Numbered from the stretch's first letter, positions 28,661 to 39,495 are shown. The stretch is DNA of 64,000 nucleotides from Parcubacteria group bacterium (GCA_016181765.1 JACOYR010000001.1:157062-221061); one strand, 5' to 3'. Numbers and translations: made by a program. The notes: generated from the sequence alone by a model not told the origin.

Positions 28661-30401
28661 GCGCCATATCATTAAACATAAATATCGCGATGCCATCACG
28701 ATCATATACTTTAGCAAGATCGGGATACTGGTCTAACTTCCACTCCGGGTTGAGTGTTTTATCCCACACAAAATAATCCAAACGATAACGCCGCAGCAAA
28801 TCAAGATTCCAGCCATTCTGCGCCAAACGATCGTATGTAGATTGCACAAGCGCGAGCTCGCGCGCAAGCGAAAACTCGGTCGTCCATGGAACCCCCAAGC
28901 GGTCGTGCAACCAGTGCGTGTTCCGCTCAATCATCGCAGGCTGGGTCCATAGAATTCTTGGAACCTCCCCGAGCCCGAAGTTTGCCGCTTTGAATTGACC
29001 AATGTCAAAAAAATGAAACAAGAGAGTCCGTTCAATAATCTCAGCATCGCTGGCCAATAAATAGTACGCATTCTCGCTGTAGTACACGTTCGCATGCGTG
29101 TACACAGGTACGAGCCACATGAATCCGAGATTTGAGAACACAACCGAATCAGTCGGCGCATTCCCGTTTATCCACGCCAGAGAATCTGTATAGCGCTGCT
29201 CGATCTCTTCTGTGGCCGCAATCCGTAAACTGCGCTGGTACGGAGGGAAATTGAATGTCTGGAGCCGCCAGGCTGGCACTGCCACCATGAGTGCCACCGC
29301 GCCTGCGACGGACGCATCAAACATCTTCCGCGCTGCCCACGCATGTTTAAAAATGACGTTAAACAGATACTGCCCCGCAAGAAAATATACAAAAATCGGC
29401 ATATACGACCAATGATTCGCATTCTCAACGGTAATGCCAGTGATAATTTGATGATTAGGATAGACGACATTCGCGATAAGCAGCGCGAACAGAATGTGCG
29501 AACGCTGTTCGCGCTGCAAACAATAATGTCGTGTCACAAAGATAAAGAACGCAAGCCATACCAGAGCAACGGCGAGCCGCGGAAACGTCTCCGGCCAGTG
29601 GGTGGAAAACACGCCCATGCGCAAGGCCATCTCATGGTAAAAAGGCGCTTCTACGCCAAAAATGACGCGAACCAAATAGGGCCCCGCAATGACCAACGCA
29701 ACGGCCGCAATCGCGAGGTGCCGCTTGAACTGAACATGGTCCCGCCGCACAATCAACAGCAGCGCGTACACGCCCAACACTACCAATAAAAACGACCAGT
29801 GGAAAAAATACGTCAAAAACAGCAATCCAAGCGCCAGGCCGCACATGAGCGTGCGCAATCGCTTATATTTGTTTTCGAGAATAAGCCCAAACCAGCTCAA
29901 CAAAAATATCAACAACAATGGGAATGATACGACCGGGTGAATCGGTTTGGTCATGCCGCCAGTCACCACCGTAAAAAACGCGAGTGAAAGCACAAACGAA
30001 CTCGCACGATTGGGGTATAACAACATCAGCAATAAGTAAAACAGCGCCGCCATCAATGCGGGCGAAACAAATGTCAGCCCAGCCTGGAGCGCGGGGATGG
30101 AGATGTGCAGACTCCAGGCAAAAAATGCCATAAACAGTTCTCCACCAACCGCCTGCGGGTATGTCTCGTCTTTATGTTCGGCCACGTATGGGTTGTTCAT
30201 GTCCAAATGCCCATCCAATGCCTCATGCGCCCGGGACAAATAAAAGTTCGCGTCATCGTTGAACTGCGGCCAGATACCTTGAAAACTGTCCCCCATTCGC
30301 TGCAGCGAAAAGAAAAGCGGTAGAACACTAAACGTGCCAACCAGTAGGGCAACCGCGACAAGCGGCCAATACTTTTTGAGTAACAAAAATTTACCGGACA
30401 T
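28650..30401 (-). CDS. Polytopic membrane protein, GT-C-fold glycosyltransferase-like
   Basis: About 11 TM helices, acidic DD motif after TM1 (NDDANFYLSR), C-terminal external domain (WINGNAPTDSVV, YRLDYFVWD). Confidence 0.6.
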   Translation of the reverse strand: MSGKFLLLKKYWPLVAVALLVGTFSVLPLFFSLQRMGDSFQGIWPQFNDDANFYLSRAHEALDGHLDMNNPYVAEHKDETYPQAVGGELFMAFFAWSLHISIPALQAGLTFVSPALMAALFYLLLMLLYPNRASSFVLSLAFFTVVTGGMTKPIHPVVSFPLLLIFLLSWFGLILENKYKRLRTLMCGLALGLLFLTYFFHWSFLLVVLGVYALLLIVRRDHVQFKRHLAIAAVALVIAGPYLVRVIFGVEAPFYHEMALRMGVFSTHWPETFPRLAVALVWLAFFIFVTRHYCLQREQRSHILFALLIANVVYPNHQIITGITVENANHWSYMPIFVYFLAGQYLFNVIFKHAWAARKMFDASVAGAVALMVAVPAWRLQTFNFPPYQRSLRIAATEEIEQRYTDSLAWINGNAPTDSVVFSNLGFMWLVPVYTHANVYYSENAYYLLASDAEIIERTLLFHFFDIGQFKAANFGLGEVPRILWTQPAMIERNTHWLHDRLGVPWTTEFSLARELALVQSTYDRLAQNGWNLDLLRRYRLDYFVWDKTLNPEWKLDQYPDLAKVYDRDGIAIFMFNDMAHGA

Positions 30402-31455
30402 GCAGTTGCTTCTTTATGATGGACACAATGCGCGCCGACGTTTTTCCGTCCCAGTATTTGATGCGCGCCGTTCGCTTTTTAAAATTGACCCCGTGGTACG
30501 CTTTTAGGATTGAGCGTTTCGCAACGCCGCCAATGATATTTGTCCCGCTGGTGACAGTAATTGGCCGTTCGGTTTCCGTACGCAAGGTAAGGCAGGGAAT
30601 GCCCAGGTAGCTTGTTTCTTCTTGCACGCCGCCCGAATCCGTGAGTACTAAGCGCGCATGCTTCAAATATGAGACGGCTCGTGCATACGAGAGTGGAGGC
30701 AGTAAATGACATGCAACCTTGAGCTTCTTTGTAAGACCGAACTTCTGCGCCATTTTTTTGGTGCGCGGATGTAGGGGCAGGTAGATGATTGCATCTTCGG
30801 CAATGACCTCAAGTGCCGCGATAATCTCGGAAAACACTTTTTTGCTGTCAACATTTTCCGTCCGGTGCAGCGTGCAAAAGTAATACTTCCCACTGACTTT
30901 TTTTGCCTTTTTTATAAACAGTTTGAGCGTATCAATCATGATGTTCCCGACAAAGTGCACACAGCCTGTAATGCCTTCGCGCTTGAGGTTCTTAACTCCC
31001 TCTTCTTGGGTGACGAACAACAGGTCTGACAGCCGGTCTGTTTGTATACGATTATGCTCTTCCGGCATCTTGTTATTGAATGACCGCAACCCAGCCTCTA
31101 CGTGGCCGAGGGAGATACGCATTTTCTTTGCGACCTGCGCCGCCCACAAGGTTGCGTTCACATCTCCAACCACAATAACCATGCGCGGCTCTTCTTTTTT
31201 GAATATTTTTGCAAGTCCGGCTTTGATGTCGTGCATCTGTTCTTTGCTTGACGTGTGAGACGGCTTGAGTGTGTAGTCGGGCTTGAGGTTGAATTCTTTT
31301 AAAAAATCATCAGCCATGTTCTTGCTGAAGTGCTGGCCCGTGTTCACTAAAAAATGGCGCATCTTCTGCTTTTTGAGCTCGCGGACCAGAGGCGCGACTT
31401 TCATAAAATTCGGCCGCGCTCCTGCGATGATTGCTATGGATGGCTGTTTGGTCAT
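30391..31455 (-). CDS. wecB: UDP-N-acetylglucosamine 2-epimerase (non-hydrolysing)
   Basis: GARPNFMK, TGQH, HVEAGLRS, MPEE, TLHR, DSGGVQEE, TERP. Confidence 0.95.
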   Translation of the reverse strand: MTKQPSIAIIAGARPNFMKVAPLVRELKKQKMRHFLVNTGQHFSKNMADDFLKEFNLKPDYTLKPSHTSSKEQMHDIKAGLAKIFKKEEPRMVIVVGDVNATLWAAQVAKKMRISLGHVEAGLRSFNNKMPEEHNRIQTDRLSDLLFVTQEEGVKNLKREGITGCVHFVGNIMIDTLKLFIKKAKKVSGKYYFCTLHRTENVDSKKVFSEIIAALEVIAEDAIIYLPLHPRTKKMAQKFGLTKKLKVACHLLPPLSYARAVSYLKHARLVLTDSGGVQEETSYLGIPCLTLRTETERPITVTSGTNIIGGVAKRSILKAYHGVNFKKRTARIKYWDGKTSARIVSIIKKQLHVR

Positions 31456-31456
31456 A

Positions 31457-32482
31457 TTATGTTCCGGGCTGAATATACGCGTTCATCTGACTAACAAGTG
31501 ACGATAGGCTGTGACGGTCTTTGACGATGTTCGCAAGATACACGGAATCATATGGTTTCCATTTTTCCGACAAAATGAATTTCGCAATTTCCTTTGGGTC
31601 ATCACGCCCAATGGAAGCAGGTAAGCCAATTGCCTCTGAATTGGTTTTGGTGGTGATGGGATACACACCAAAGAGCATTCCCTCCAGCATGGTCTTATCA
31701 ATGGTTTCGGATGCCATGTTCACCATGACGCGGTGTTGCGCGTATACCTCTTTAAGTTGGTGCATAGGAAGCGGCCCTTTGAATGTGACGCGATGTTCCA
31801 ATCTTTCGGCTGTAACGAGCTCAAGCAGCTCCTGCACGTAATCCTTTTCCACGTCCCTGCCATACACGGTCAATGAATACTCTTCCGGCAAGTACTTCAA
31901 GGCCATAATGCCGAACTCAAGGCGCTTTGATCGGCACAAGCGGTGCACGGTAAGCAGTTTCTGTGGCGATTGATTGTTTTCTGACGGAGTAGACCTCCAA
32001 AAATCCACATCAATACCATGACCAGTGATGACCTTTTTGGGGCTCCCCTCGTACTGCGGCAAACTTTGACGGGTAGCCGCAAATAACCGCTTGCACAGCC
32101 ACCCGGCCAAGCGCATGTGCGCGTGCATGGTGTAGTGCGTGTACCATAAGTACATGGGCACGCGCTTAAGCCACCAGTACCAGCCGCCGAGCGTGAAATA
32201 TTCTGGATTCATATGCACAAACACGCGATCGTACTCAAGCGTAAAAATCAATTTCAAAAATCTACAAGCCCGCCGCAACGTGCCATAGCCATTCTCTTTA
32301 CTTAATGAATGCACCGGGAATGATCCATCAAACTCGCCTTTCTCCAAACAAATAACCTGCACACCAATACCCTGCCTGATGAATTCTTTTATCCATAAAA
32401 TAATAAACGCCAAATCATCATCATCTTGATGAATCTTTTGGGTGATGAAGATCAGCGATGGTTTGTTGCTTACATCTGCCAT
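31457..32482 (-). CDS. Glycosyltransferase family 4
   Basis: GHGIDV, HRLCRSKR, DKTMLEGM. Confidence 0.85.
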   Translation of the reverse strand: MADVSNKPSLIFITQKIHQDDDDLAFIILWIKEFIRQGIGVQVICLEKGEFDGSFPVHSLSKENGYGTLRRACRFLKLIFTLEYDRVFVHMNPEYFTLGGWYWWLKRVPMYLWYTHYTMHAHMRLAGWLCKRLFAATRQSLPQYEGSPKKVITGHGIDVDFWRSTPSENNQSPQKLLTVHRLCRSKRLEFGIMALKYLPEEYSLTVYGRDVEKDYVQELLELVTAERLEHRVTFKGPLPMHQLKEVYAQHRVMVNMASETIDKTMLEGMLFGVYPITTKTNSEAIGLPASIGRDDPKEIAKFILSEKWKPYDSVYLANIVKDRHSLSSLVSQMNAYIQPGT

Positions 32483-33567
32483 AGTTGTTTTTGGCGTTCA
32501 AGCAGTGCTTCCTTGTCCGGCAGCTGGAGAACTACAGAACGGGCAACGGCCCCAAGCTGTGCGCGTACAGCCTCGTCGGCAACTAAACGAAGCATGGCCT
32601 CGGTAAGCGCGTTCCCGTCTCCAACCGGGACCACGATGCTGTTCTCTTGGTTGATAATTTCTCCGACCAGCCCGACATCTGTAGTAATAATCGGCAATCC
32701 GGCTACGGCCGCTTCAATTAATGTCCTGCCATAACCCTCATAATTTGAGGTGTTTAGGAATATATCTGCGCTTGCAAAGTATTGAGCCAGATTCCGAACA
32801 AATCCCTCAAACACAACAGAATCCTGCAGTTGATACATGGCAACAAGCTGCTCAAGGTGTTTTTGTTCGGAGCCACTGCCTGCGATTACCAACCCGATCT
32901 TGGAATTCGCCCGCGCTACATCAGCAAACGCGCGGATGGCAAGGCTGATATTTTTCTCCGGCTCAAGCCGGGATGCCATGAATACAATGGTTTCAAACTG
33001 GGAATACTTCTTGTGCAAATCAATTTCCGGTGCTTCGTTTGGTACAAGGCTGACAAAAATAGGAAGCACGGCGATTTTCTCTTCTGGCAAGCCCAAATCA
33101 ACTAAAGACCGCTTAATGCGTTCGCTTACCACGCGAATTGAATCAGCCTTCGGCAAAAGCCGTTTGGCGATATTCACGCGGATAAAATTCTTAAACGACA
33201 TGCGACCAAAATACGGGCTCAAAAAATCGGTATGCACCTGCAACTGCAATTTTGACTTGAGGCGGCGGCGAATGAGCCACCCAGCTAGCCCAGTTTCAAA
33301 CGGATCTTGCGCCGTGACCACATCAACAGTTCCATTGATTGACTGCTTAGCAATGCGCAGCATATCTAAAACATACCACAATTTTGAGCGCGAGTTTGTT
33401 GGAATCGCACGCACCCTATCGGAAATCGCAAACTCCCGGTGCGGCGAAACCGTACACACAATAATATCAAGCCGCTCCGCGAGCGTTCCATAGTCTTTCA
33501 TCCGGCTTTGGCTTTCGCTTGCGGATTCAAGGATTGAAGCATCAGTTGAGAGCATCAGCACCCTCAT
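32470..33567 (-). CDS. Glycosyltransferase family 4
   Basis: SRLEPEKN, EGYGRTLIEA, TTDVG; start at 33567. Confidence 0.9.
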   Translation of the reverse strand: MRVLMLSTDASILESASESQSRMKDYGTLAERLDIIVCTVSPHREFAISDRVRAIPTNSRSKLWYVLDMLRIAKQSINGTVDVVTAQDPFETGLAGWLIRRRLKSKLQLQVHTDFLSPYFGRMSFKNFIRVNIAKRLLPKADSIRVVSERIKRSLVDLGLPEEKIAVLPIFVSLVPNEAPEIDLHKKYSQFETIVFMASRLEPEKNISLAIRAFADVARANSKIGLVIAGSGSEQKHLEQLVAMYQLQDSVVFEGFVRNLAQYFASADIFLNTSNYEGYGRTLIEAAVAGLPIITTDVGLVGEIINQENSIVVPVGDGNALTEAMLRLVADEAVRAQLGAVARSVVLQLPDKEALLERQKQLWQM

Positions 33568-34027
33568 GTGGAATTTCTTTTTTAAACGTAATAAATTTAT
33601 TAACCGCGTAACTCGCGGCTGCAACGCCACCCATAATAATCACGGATGCGAGCAAGTACCAGATATGAAACTTATCAACCAGGGCATAGATTAAAATCGG
33701 GGTCAGAAAAAATTCCGCGCTACCCATCATCGTGTAAATGGCTGACTGCGTTTTAATGCGCCGCCACCCATACTCCCGGAACGTCCAAAACTTTTGAAGC
33801 AGAAAACCAGCAATATGAGAGACAAGGAATGCAACCACCGAGGAAGCAACATACCAGATGCCGAACAAATCAGTCAGCACATACAACGAAACCAAATTAA
33901 CTACTGCGGACGTGCCGCCCGAAATAATATATTTAATCCCAGTCTTGTTGGTATGGATAAGCTCAAGCAGCCACGGCGCATGCTGTGCCAGTGTCTGCTT
34001 GAGATATTGTTTAACGGGCTGGTACAT
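33542..34027 (-). CDS. GtrA-family flippase
   Basis: Four TM helices with KYIISG, QKFWTF, NKFITF. Confidence 0.9.
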   Translation of the reverse strand: MYQPVKQYLKQTLAQHAPWLLELIHTNKTGIKYIISGGTSAVVNLVSLYVLTDLFGIWYVASSVVAFLVSHIAGFLLQKFWTFREYGWRRIKTQSAIYTMMGSAEFFLTPILIYALVDKFHIWYLLASVIIMGGVAAASYAVNKFITFKKEIPHEGADALN

Positions 34028-35165
34028 GCGCTTGGTTGATTAATTTTTGATACTCGTCCTCGTACTGCCGAGCTATCACATTCCAACTGAATTGCCGCTT
34101 AACAACATCCCGTCCCGCAGGCTGCAATGCATCTTTATAACTATGCGGCTGGCTCCTTATATCGTTGATTTTCTTGGCAACTCCCCGCGCATTGTTTTCT
34201 GTAATTGCCTCAACAATGCCTTCCTTAATCAAATCCTTGATGCCGCCAACCGGCGCGCCAATCACCGCCAATCCCGCGGCGGTTGCCTCCAGAAACGAAT
34301 TTCCAAGCCCCTCTGACCGCGAAGGGCGAACGAACGCGTCAGACGACCACAATAGTTCCGGGAGGCTCTCGTGGCTAACATGCCCAAGAAACAAAACTCT
34401 GTTTCCGAACTTTTCAGCTTGAGCCTTCAACTTCTGCTCGTCTTTTCCGGTACCTGCGATAACCAGCTTCACCTGCTCCGGAACATGCTCCATTGCATCA
34501 ATTAGAATATCAATGCCATTCTTGCGCACCAGCCGCGAAGTAGTGATGACAACAAACTCATTTTCTTTGATGCCCCAACTTTTACGAATTTCCCGTTGCC
34601 GCTCTTCGCTGACTTCTTGAAAAAAACGCTCGTCAACCGCGTTTGGTATAATGACAATATCCTCTACCCTGGCTCCGTACTTTTGAGCCCGCTTACTAAG
34701 CCACGTGCTGATGGCCGTAATCTTGTCCGTTTTGGTGTATATTTGCGCGTACGTCTTTTTCCAGAACCAGGTCCGCTTGTTGATGAACTCGTCCGGATCC
34801 CCGCTCTGCAAGGTCAGAAGGTAGGGGACGGATGGACAGCGCCTCTTGAATAACAAGGCCGCAAAGCCCGCGTATGTCTCAAGCACCGCGTGAATGATAT
34901 CGTACGGCTTTTCGACGTGCTTGCGCAGCGCGAGACGAGCCGCGCGCCAGGGGTACAGCCACTTGTCCAACAATGAACGGCCGCTTCCCACGCGGTACAC
35001 GTTCACGTTTCCGATGCGCTCATGCCGGGGCAAGCGCACATTCAAACGCGCCGTAAACAAATCAAACTCGTACCCTTCTAGGCGGTTGGTAACCTCTTTG
35101 ATGGCAACCTCTGCCCCGCCAATGAAGGGATCATAGGTCACTGAAAATAGTGCTACGCGTTTCAT
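34011..35165 (-). CDS. Glycosyltransferase family 4
   Basis: GGAE, IPNAVD, SRLVRKNG, SRSEGLGNSFLEA. Confidence 0.9.
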   Translation of the reverse strand: MKRVALFSVTYDPFIGGAEVAIKEVTNRLEGYEFDLFTARLNVRLPRHERIGNVNVYRVGSGRSLLDKWLYPWRAARLALRKHVEKPYDIIHAVLETYAGFAALLFKRRCPSVPYLLTLQSGDPDEFINKRTWFWKKTYAQIYTKTDKITAISTWLSKRAQKYGARVEDIVIIPNAVDERFFQEVSEERQREIRKSWGIKENEFVVITTSRLVRKNGIDILIDAMEHVPEQVKLVIAGTGKDEQKLKAQAEKFGNRVLFLGHVSHESLPELLWSSDAFVRPSRSEGLGNSFLEATAAGLAVIGAPVGGIKDLIKEGIVEAITENNARGVAKKINDIRSQPHSYKDALQPAGRDVVKRQFSWNVIARQYEDEYQKLINQAHVPAR

Positions 35166-35938
35166 AGGGTGCGGTACTTCTGATTCATCTCATCCACCTT
35201 CTCAAGCAGCCCAACGTCAACGCCTTTTTTCTTTCCGAGTTCAACCAATGCGAGAAGGTCTTTGGGCAAGCACTTGCCCCCATACCCGCGGTACCCGCCG
35301 TGCAGCACGTCAAAGTGCGAATCAATAATGCGCTGGTCCGACACAAACGCTTCCTTCACTTCGTTGTAATCAACCCCAAGTGATTGGCATAAATCATACA
35401 GCATATTACCGAACACGACCTTGGTCGCATAAAATGTGTTGACAGCGTACTTGACGAGTTCCGTAGAAGCGGCGGACATGATTTTTTTGTACGGCGCATG
35501 TGGAAGCATGTCTAAAACTGATCGGCTGACATCGCGGCTCGTTGACGTATAGCCCACTAATTGTTTATCAGGGTTTTTGAAATCTTGTTCTGCCGTCGCC
35601 TGCGTCAGAAATTCCGGATTGAACAGAACTTTAAGATGCTGATATTTTTGTTGAAAATAATCCGTGGTGCCAGGCACGCATGTTGACTTGATGACGACTA
35701 TGCGCGGCTCGTTGATTGAACCGATTTTTTCAAACACGTCATCAAGCGCGCTCCGGTTGAACCCGTTTTCGTACGGCGTGGGCACGCACACGAAAATCAA
35801 CTCTTGCTTGAGCACCTCCTCCAAGGGATCCATAAGCTTGAATTTGTCGTACACATTGGATCCTCCAAAAAAGGAGGCAACACTGCTTCCCACAAAACCG
35901 CCTCCCATGATCCCTATTGTATACTTATGATTTGACAT
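35162..35938 (-). CDS. Short UDP-glucose/GDP-mannose dehydrogenase-family protein
   Basis: GGGFVG, CVPTP, IKSTCVPGT, NPEFL, catalytic GYGGKCLPKD; C-terminal domain absent. Confidence 0.85.
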   Translation of the reverse strand: MSNHKYTIGIMGGGFVGSSVASFFGGSNVYDKFKLMDPLEEVLKQELIFVCVPTPYENGFNRSALDDVFEKIGSINEPRIVVIKSTCVPGTTDYFQQKYQHLKVLFNPEFLTQATAEQDFKNPDKQLVGYTSTSRDVSRSVLDMLPHAPYKKIMSAASTELVKYAVNTFYATKVVFGNMLYDLCQSLGVDYNEVKEAFVSDQRIIDSHFDVLHGGYRGYGGKCLPKDLLALVELGKKKGVDVGLLEKVDEMNQKYRTL

Positions 35939-36003
35939 GATACGATGAAAATTGTTGACATGCAGTAATAGTACCAGAAATGCCCTAAAAAACAAGCAGA
36001 TTC

Positions 36004-37107
36004 ATGACCACAATTCTCTACATTGTAACGCAGCAGGAATTCGGGGGCGCACAGCGGTACATATTTGATTTGGCCACGAATTTAGATAAAAGTCAATACG
36101 ACGTTCATATAGCCGCGGGAGAGGAAAAGGAGGGATTCCCAGCTTCTAATGGGGACAAGTTTTTTGACCGCGCCAGAGGCCAAAATTTGACCGTACACAG
36201 CCTCAAACACCTGGTTCGGCCCATCTCCCTTATTAATGATTTTTTAGCCTATTTTGAACTCAAAAAGCTCATTTCCGAGCTCAAGCCGGACATTGTGCAT
36301 CTGAACAGTTCAAAGGCAGGGGTCCTGGGCTCCATGGCAGCCAAGGCGCTTGGAGTGCCCAAAATCATTTACACGGCGCACGGGTTCGTATTCAACGAAC
36401 CAATGAACCCGCTCAAACGCTGGCTCTATACCCACGCCGAACTCGGCACCGCCAAGCGCGTTGACCGCATTATCGCGGTTTCTGAATTTGACCGACAAGC
36501 CGGAATCAAAGCCGGAATTGACGAAAACAAAATAGTGACCGTGCACAATGGCATTGATCCCTCATCTTTACGCTTCTTTTCAGAAGAAGATGCACGCGCT
36601 CAACTGAACATAACAGAGCACACACCGCTCATCGGCTGTATCGCAAACTTTTATCAGACCAAGGGGCTAGATGTGCTGATTGGCGCAATGGCAGACATCA
36701 ACGCACAGCTCGTCATCGTTGGAGACGGCGAACTGCGGCCGCAGTTGGAAGAACAAATCAAAAAACTCAACCTGGCCGACCAAGTCCATCTCACAGGCCA
36801 GCTTCCGGACGCGCACCAATACCTCAAAGCGTTTGATATATTCGTGCTTGCCTCCCGCAAAGAGGGGTTCCCCTACGTTCTGCTTGAGGCGGCTGCCGCG
36901 GGGGTCCCGATTGTGGCAACCAGAGTTGGGGGTGTTCCGGAAATCATTCATGACGAAATAACCGGCTACCTTGCAGAACCCTGCAATCCTGATGAGCTCG
37001 CACAAAAAATCAGCCAAGCGCTCGCGCACCCCCTTGCTCCGCAACTGCCAAAAGACTGCACCGTGCAGCACATGGTTGAAAAGACGCTTGCCGCGTACCG
37101 CGCCTAG
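36004..37107 (+). CDS. Glycosyltransferase family 4
   Basis: GGAQ, HLNSSKAG, YTAHG, HNGID, KEGFPYVLLEA. Confidence 0.9.
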   Translation: MTTILYIVTQQEFGGAQRYIFDLATNLDKSQYDVHIAAGEEKEGFPASNGDKFFDRARGQNLTVHSLKHLVRPISLINDFLAYFELKKLISELKPDIVHLNSSKAGVLGSMAAKALGVPKIIYTAHGFVFNEPMNPLKRWLYTHAELGTAKRVDRIIAVSEFDRQAGIKAGIDENKIVTVHNGIDPSSLRFFSEEDARAQLNITEHTPLIGCIANFYQTKGLDVLIGAMADINAQLVIVGDGELRPQLEEQIKKLNLADQVHLTGQLPDAHQYLKAFDIFVLASRKEGFPYVLLEAAAAGVPIVATRVGGVPEIIHDEITGYLAEPCNPDELAQKISQALAHPLAPQLPKDCTVQHMVEKTLAAYRA

Positions 37108-39389
37108 AAAGCGCTCTGCTTGAGTTCGGAAATATTGCCATCCCGGATCGCTTGGATGAACACGGCGGCCTCCGGCGCAAAGCCCGGATCAAGTTCCGCG
37201 GCTTTTTGAGCCGCCCGAATCGCATCCTCGTACCGGTCAGCCAGCACATACCCTATGGCCAAGGCCGAGTAAGCGCGTGCGTTTCTGGGTTCAAACTTAG
37301 CGAGGTGCTCGTACACCGTAACCATTTTCTGATACTCGCCGGCCGCGGCAAGTTCTTCAGCCAGCACATAGGCAATGGTGGTAACCTCGGGCTGGCGGCC
37401 ATACTCAATAAAGGACTTGTTCACAATTGCGTCATACGCCTCGGAAAGATCGCCGCTCGTCAAAAAAGCGCGGCCCAGGTAGTAATACGTCGCCCCAAAG
37501 CGCGGCTCCAGCTCCACTGCCTGCTTAAGGATTTCAATGGCTCTCTCACTCTCTCCGGCAAGCACATATGACTCGCCGAGCACCAAATACATCTGAATGC
37601 GGCCCGGGGAAAGTTCGCGTGCCCGTTCCAGGTAGCCAATGGCATCGGCAAGGCGCTCCTTGTTGTCGTCAATCAGAAACCACGTATTGTTGAGCTGGCC
37701 AAGCTTTAGATAAAACACCGCGTCATTCGGCTTTTTTTTAATCTCCCGCAAAAGCGCCTGTTCTGCTTCGGAAAACGCGGCGAGTATATCCGCTTTAAGG
37801 GCTCCGGATGCCTGAATCTGGTCGTTTTTTTCAGACAAGCCCATCAAATACTCAACAAAATTGAGTGTTACATTCTCGGATGGAATGAGGTTAACCGCAA
37901 CCGCCCGGCGGTAGTGGGCCAATGATTCCGCAATATCCTCGGTAAGGAACGCCTGGCCCGTGTTCCTGGCCGCGCGAATTACGTTGGTGTTTAGGGCAAC
38001 AATCGCCCAGAGCGCGAGCGGCACGAGTAGAACCGCGGCTGTGATCGGCCCTGCCTTTGCGGGGCTCTGCTCGTGATTGCGCAAAGCCGCGCTATCGCGG
38101 TACCGAAACTCAACGAGCGCCAAAAACGCCGCAAAAAATAGGAGCGAGTGGAAATCATCAAACACAAAAAACAAATATGTAAAGTACGCGATTGAGAGTC
38201 CGCCGAACAGCAGAAACTCACCGAGCGCAAAGCGCCGACTCCGGTACCCGCGAACCAGGTACCAGCCAACCAGCGCCGGAAACCCCATGTACAGCGCAAG
38301 CGCTATGATGCCTGACTCGGCAAGAATGTTAAAAAACTGGTTGTGCGCCCTATCAAAGTACGTTTCCGTTGGGGCGAGCAGATAGTACTCTGCCGGAAAA
38401 TACTCGTTAAAAAGAATGTTATAGTTCTCCATGCCCACGCCGGTAAGCGGGTCCTTGCGAAATCCCTGAATGGCCGCGTTCCACCCGATAAAACGGGTTT
38501 GAGACGTGCTGTCGCTGATTGAAATGGTGACCACGCGCCGCAAAACCGGAACCGTGCGCACGAGAGGCGAACTGCGGAACTGGAAACCAAGCGCAAGCGC
38601 CAATGCCGCCAGCACGAAAAGCGCGCCAATGGCCTGCTTTGCCATCCGGCGGCGCCCCAGAAATACATACGCAAGACCAGCGAAAGCCGCGCCCGCAAGC
38701 AAACCAAGATACGCGCCTCGGATGTCCGTGAGCGTGAATGCGTACAAATCTATCGCGATGACAGAAAGGTAAAACAGTCGAGCCCGGTTGCCTTTATGTG
38801 TCCGCATCAAAAGATACAGCGCAAACGCGATGTTGAAAAGCAGATACATGGCAACGTACGTCGGGTTGCCGAGCGTTGAAACAATGCGCGTCCCCTCCCC
38901 GGCGCCAAAGAGATAGATGCCGAACAAATCCGGACTGCGCTGAAGAATGCCGTAGATGCTTACGCCGATGCTCGTGATAAGCGACACATGGAAAAACACG
39001 CGCCACTGCCGCTCCCCAAAAAACATGCGGCTAAGCACATAAAACAAAAATAAATGCCCCACCGTAAAAATTCCCCACATGCGCTCCAAATCCCCGAAAA
39101 AACTTGCTAAGGGCGCCTCGCCGAAGAGAGCGGCAATGGATTCAACCATGAGCAGACCCAAAAAAATCCAAAAAAAGTACTGCTGTTTGAGGTTCGTAAA
39201 CCGAATGCGTCCCAAAGCCCAAAGCCACACAGCCAGCGTCGCGACAATCTCAATGATGATGCGGAAGAATACGGTCCTGATAGTGACATACGGAAACGTG
39301 AATCCTGGCCACAACACAAGCGGGAGCACTGCGCTTGTGTACAGGAGCACGCGAGAAACGGTTATGAACTTTTGATTGGCATCTTGCAT
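37104..39389 (-). CDS. O-antigen ligase/O-oligosaccharyltransferase-family protein with C-terminal TPR repeats
   Basis: Multi-TM; STLGNP, RGAYLG, R..W....., GVGMEN, DRAHN..L..SG; TPR helices at the C-terminus. Start set at 39389, downstream of the terminator. Confidence 0.85.
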   Translation of the reverse strand: MQDANQKFITVSRVLLYTSAVLPLVLWPGFTFPYVTIRTVFFRIIIEIVATLAVWLWALGRIRFTNLKQQYFFWIFLGLLMVESIAALFGEAPLASFFGDLERMWGIFTVGHLFLFYVLSRMFFGERQWRVFFHVSLITSIGVSIYGILQRSPDLFGIYLFGAGEGTRIVSTLGNPTYVAMYLLFNIAFALYLLMRTHKGNRARLFYLSVIAIDLYAFTLTDIRGAYLGLLAGAAFAGLAYVFLGRRRMAKQAIGALFVLAALALALGFQFRSSPLVRTVPVLRRVVTISISDSTSQTRFIGWNAAIQGFRKDPLTGVGMENYNILFNEYFPAEYYLLAPTETYFDRAHNQFFNILAESGIIALALYMGFPALVGWYLVRGYRSRRFALGEFLLFGGLSIAYFTYLFFVFDDFHSLLFFAAFLALVEFRYRDSAALRNHEQSPAKAGPITAAVLLVPLALWAIVALNTNVIRAARNTGQAFLTEDIAESLAHYRRAVAVNLIPSENVTLNFVEYLMGLSEKNDQIQASGALKADILAAFSEAEQALLREIKKKPNDAVFYLKLGQLNNTWFLIDDNKERLADAIGYLERARELSPGRIQMYLVLGESYVLAGESERAIEILKQAVELEPRFGATYYYLGRAFLTSGDLSEAYDAIVNKSFIEYGRQPEVTTIAYVLAEELAAAGEYQKMVTVYEHLAKFEPRNARAYSALAIGYVLADRYEDAIRAAQKAAELDPGFAPEAAVFIQAIRDGNISELKQSAF

Positions 39390-39412
39390 GGGTTCATCAT
39401 AGCAGGAGCAAC

Positions 39413-39456
39413 AAAAAAAAGCACCCCCTCCTCTCGCGAGAGGAGGGGGGCTTTTT
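39413..39456 (-). terminator. Intrinsic terminator of the S-layer-like gene
   Basis: Hairpin gcaccccctcctctc-gc-gagaggaggggggc with an A8 tract on the plus strand (U8 on minus) and T5 on the other side. Confidence 0.85.
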
Positions 39457-39495
39457 GCAATCAGTTGTGTAGTAACTGACTGGAGAGAGAATCCC

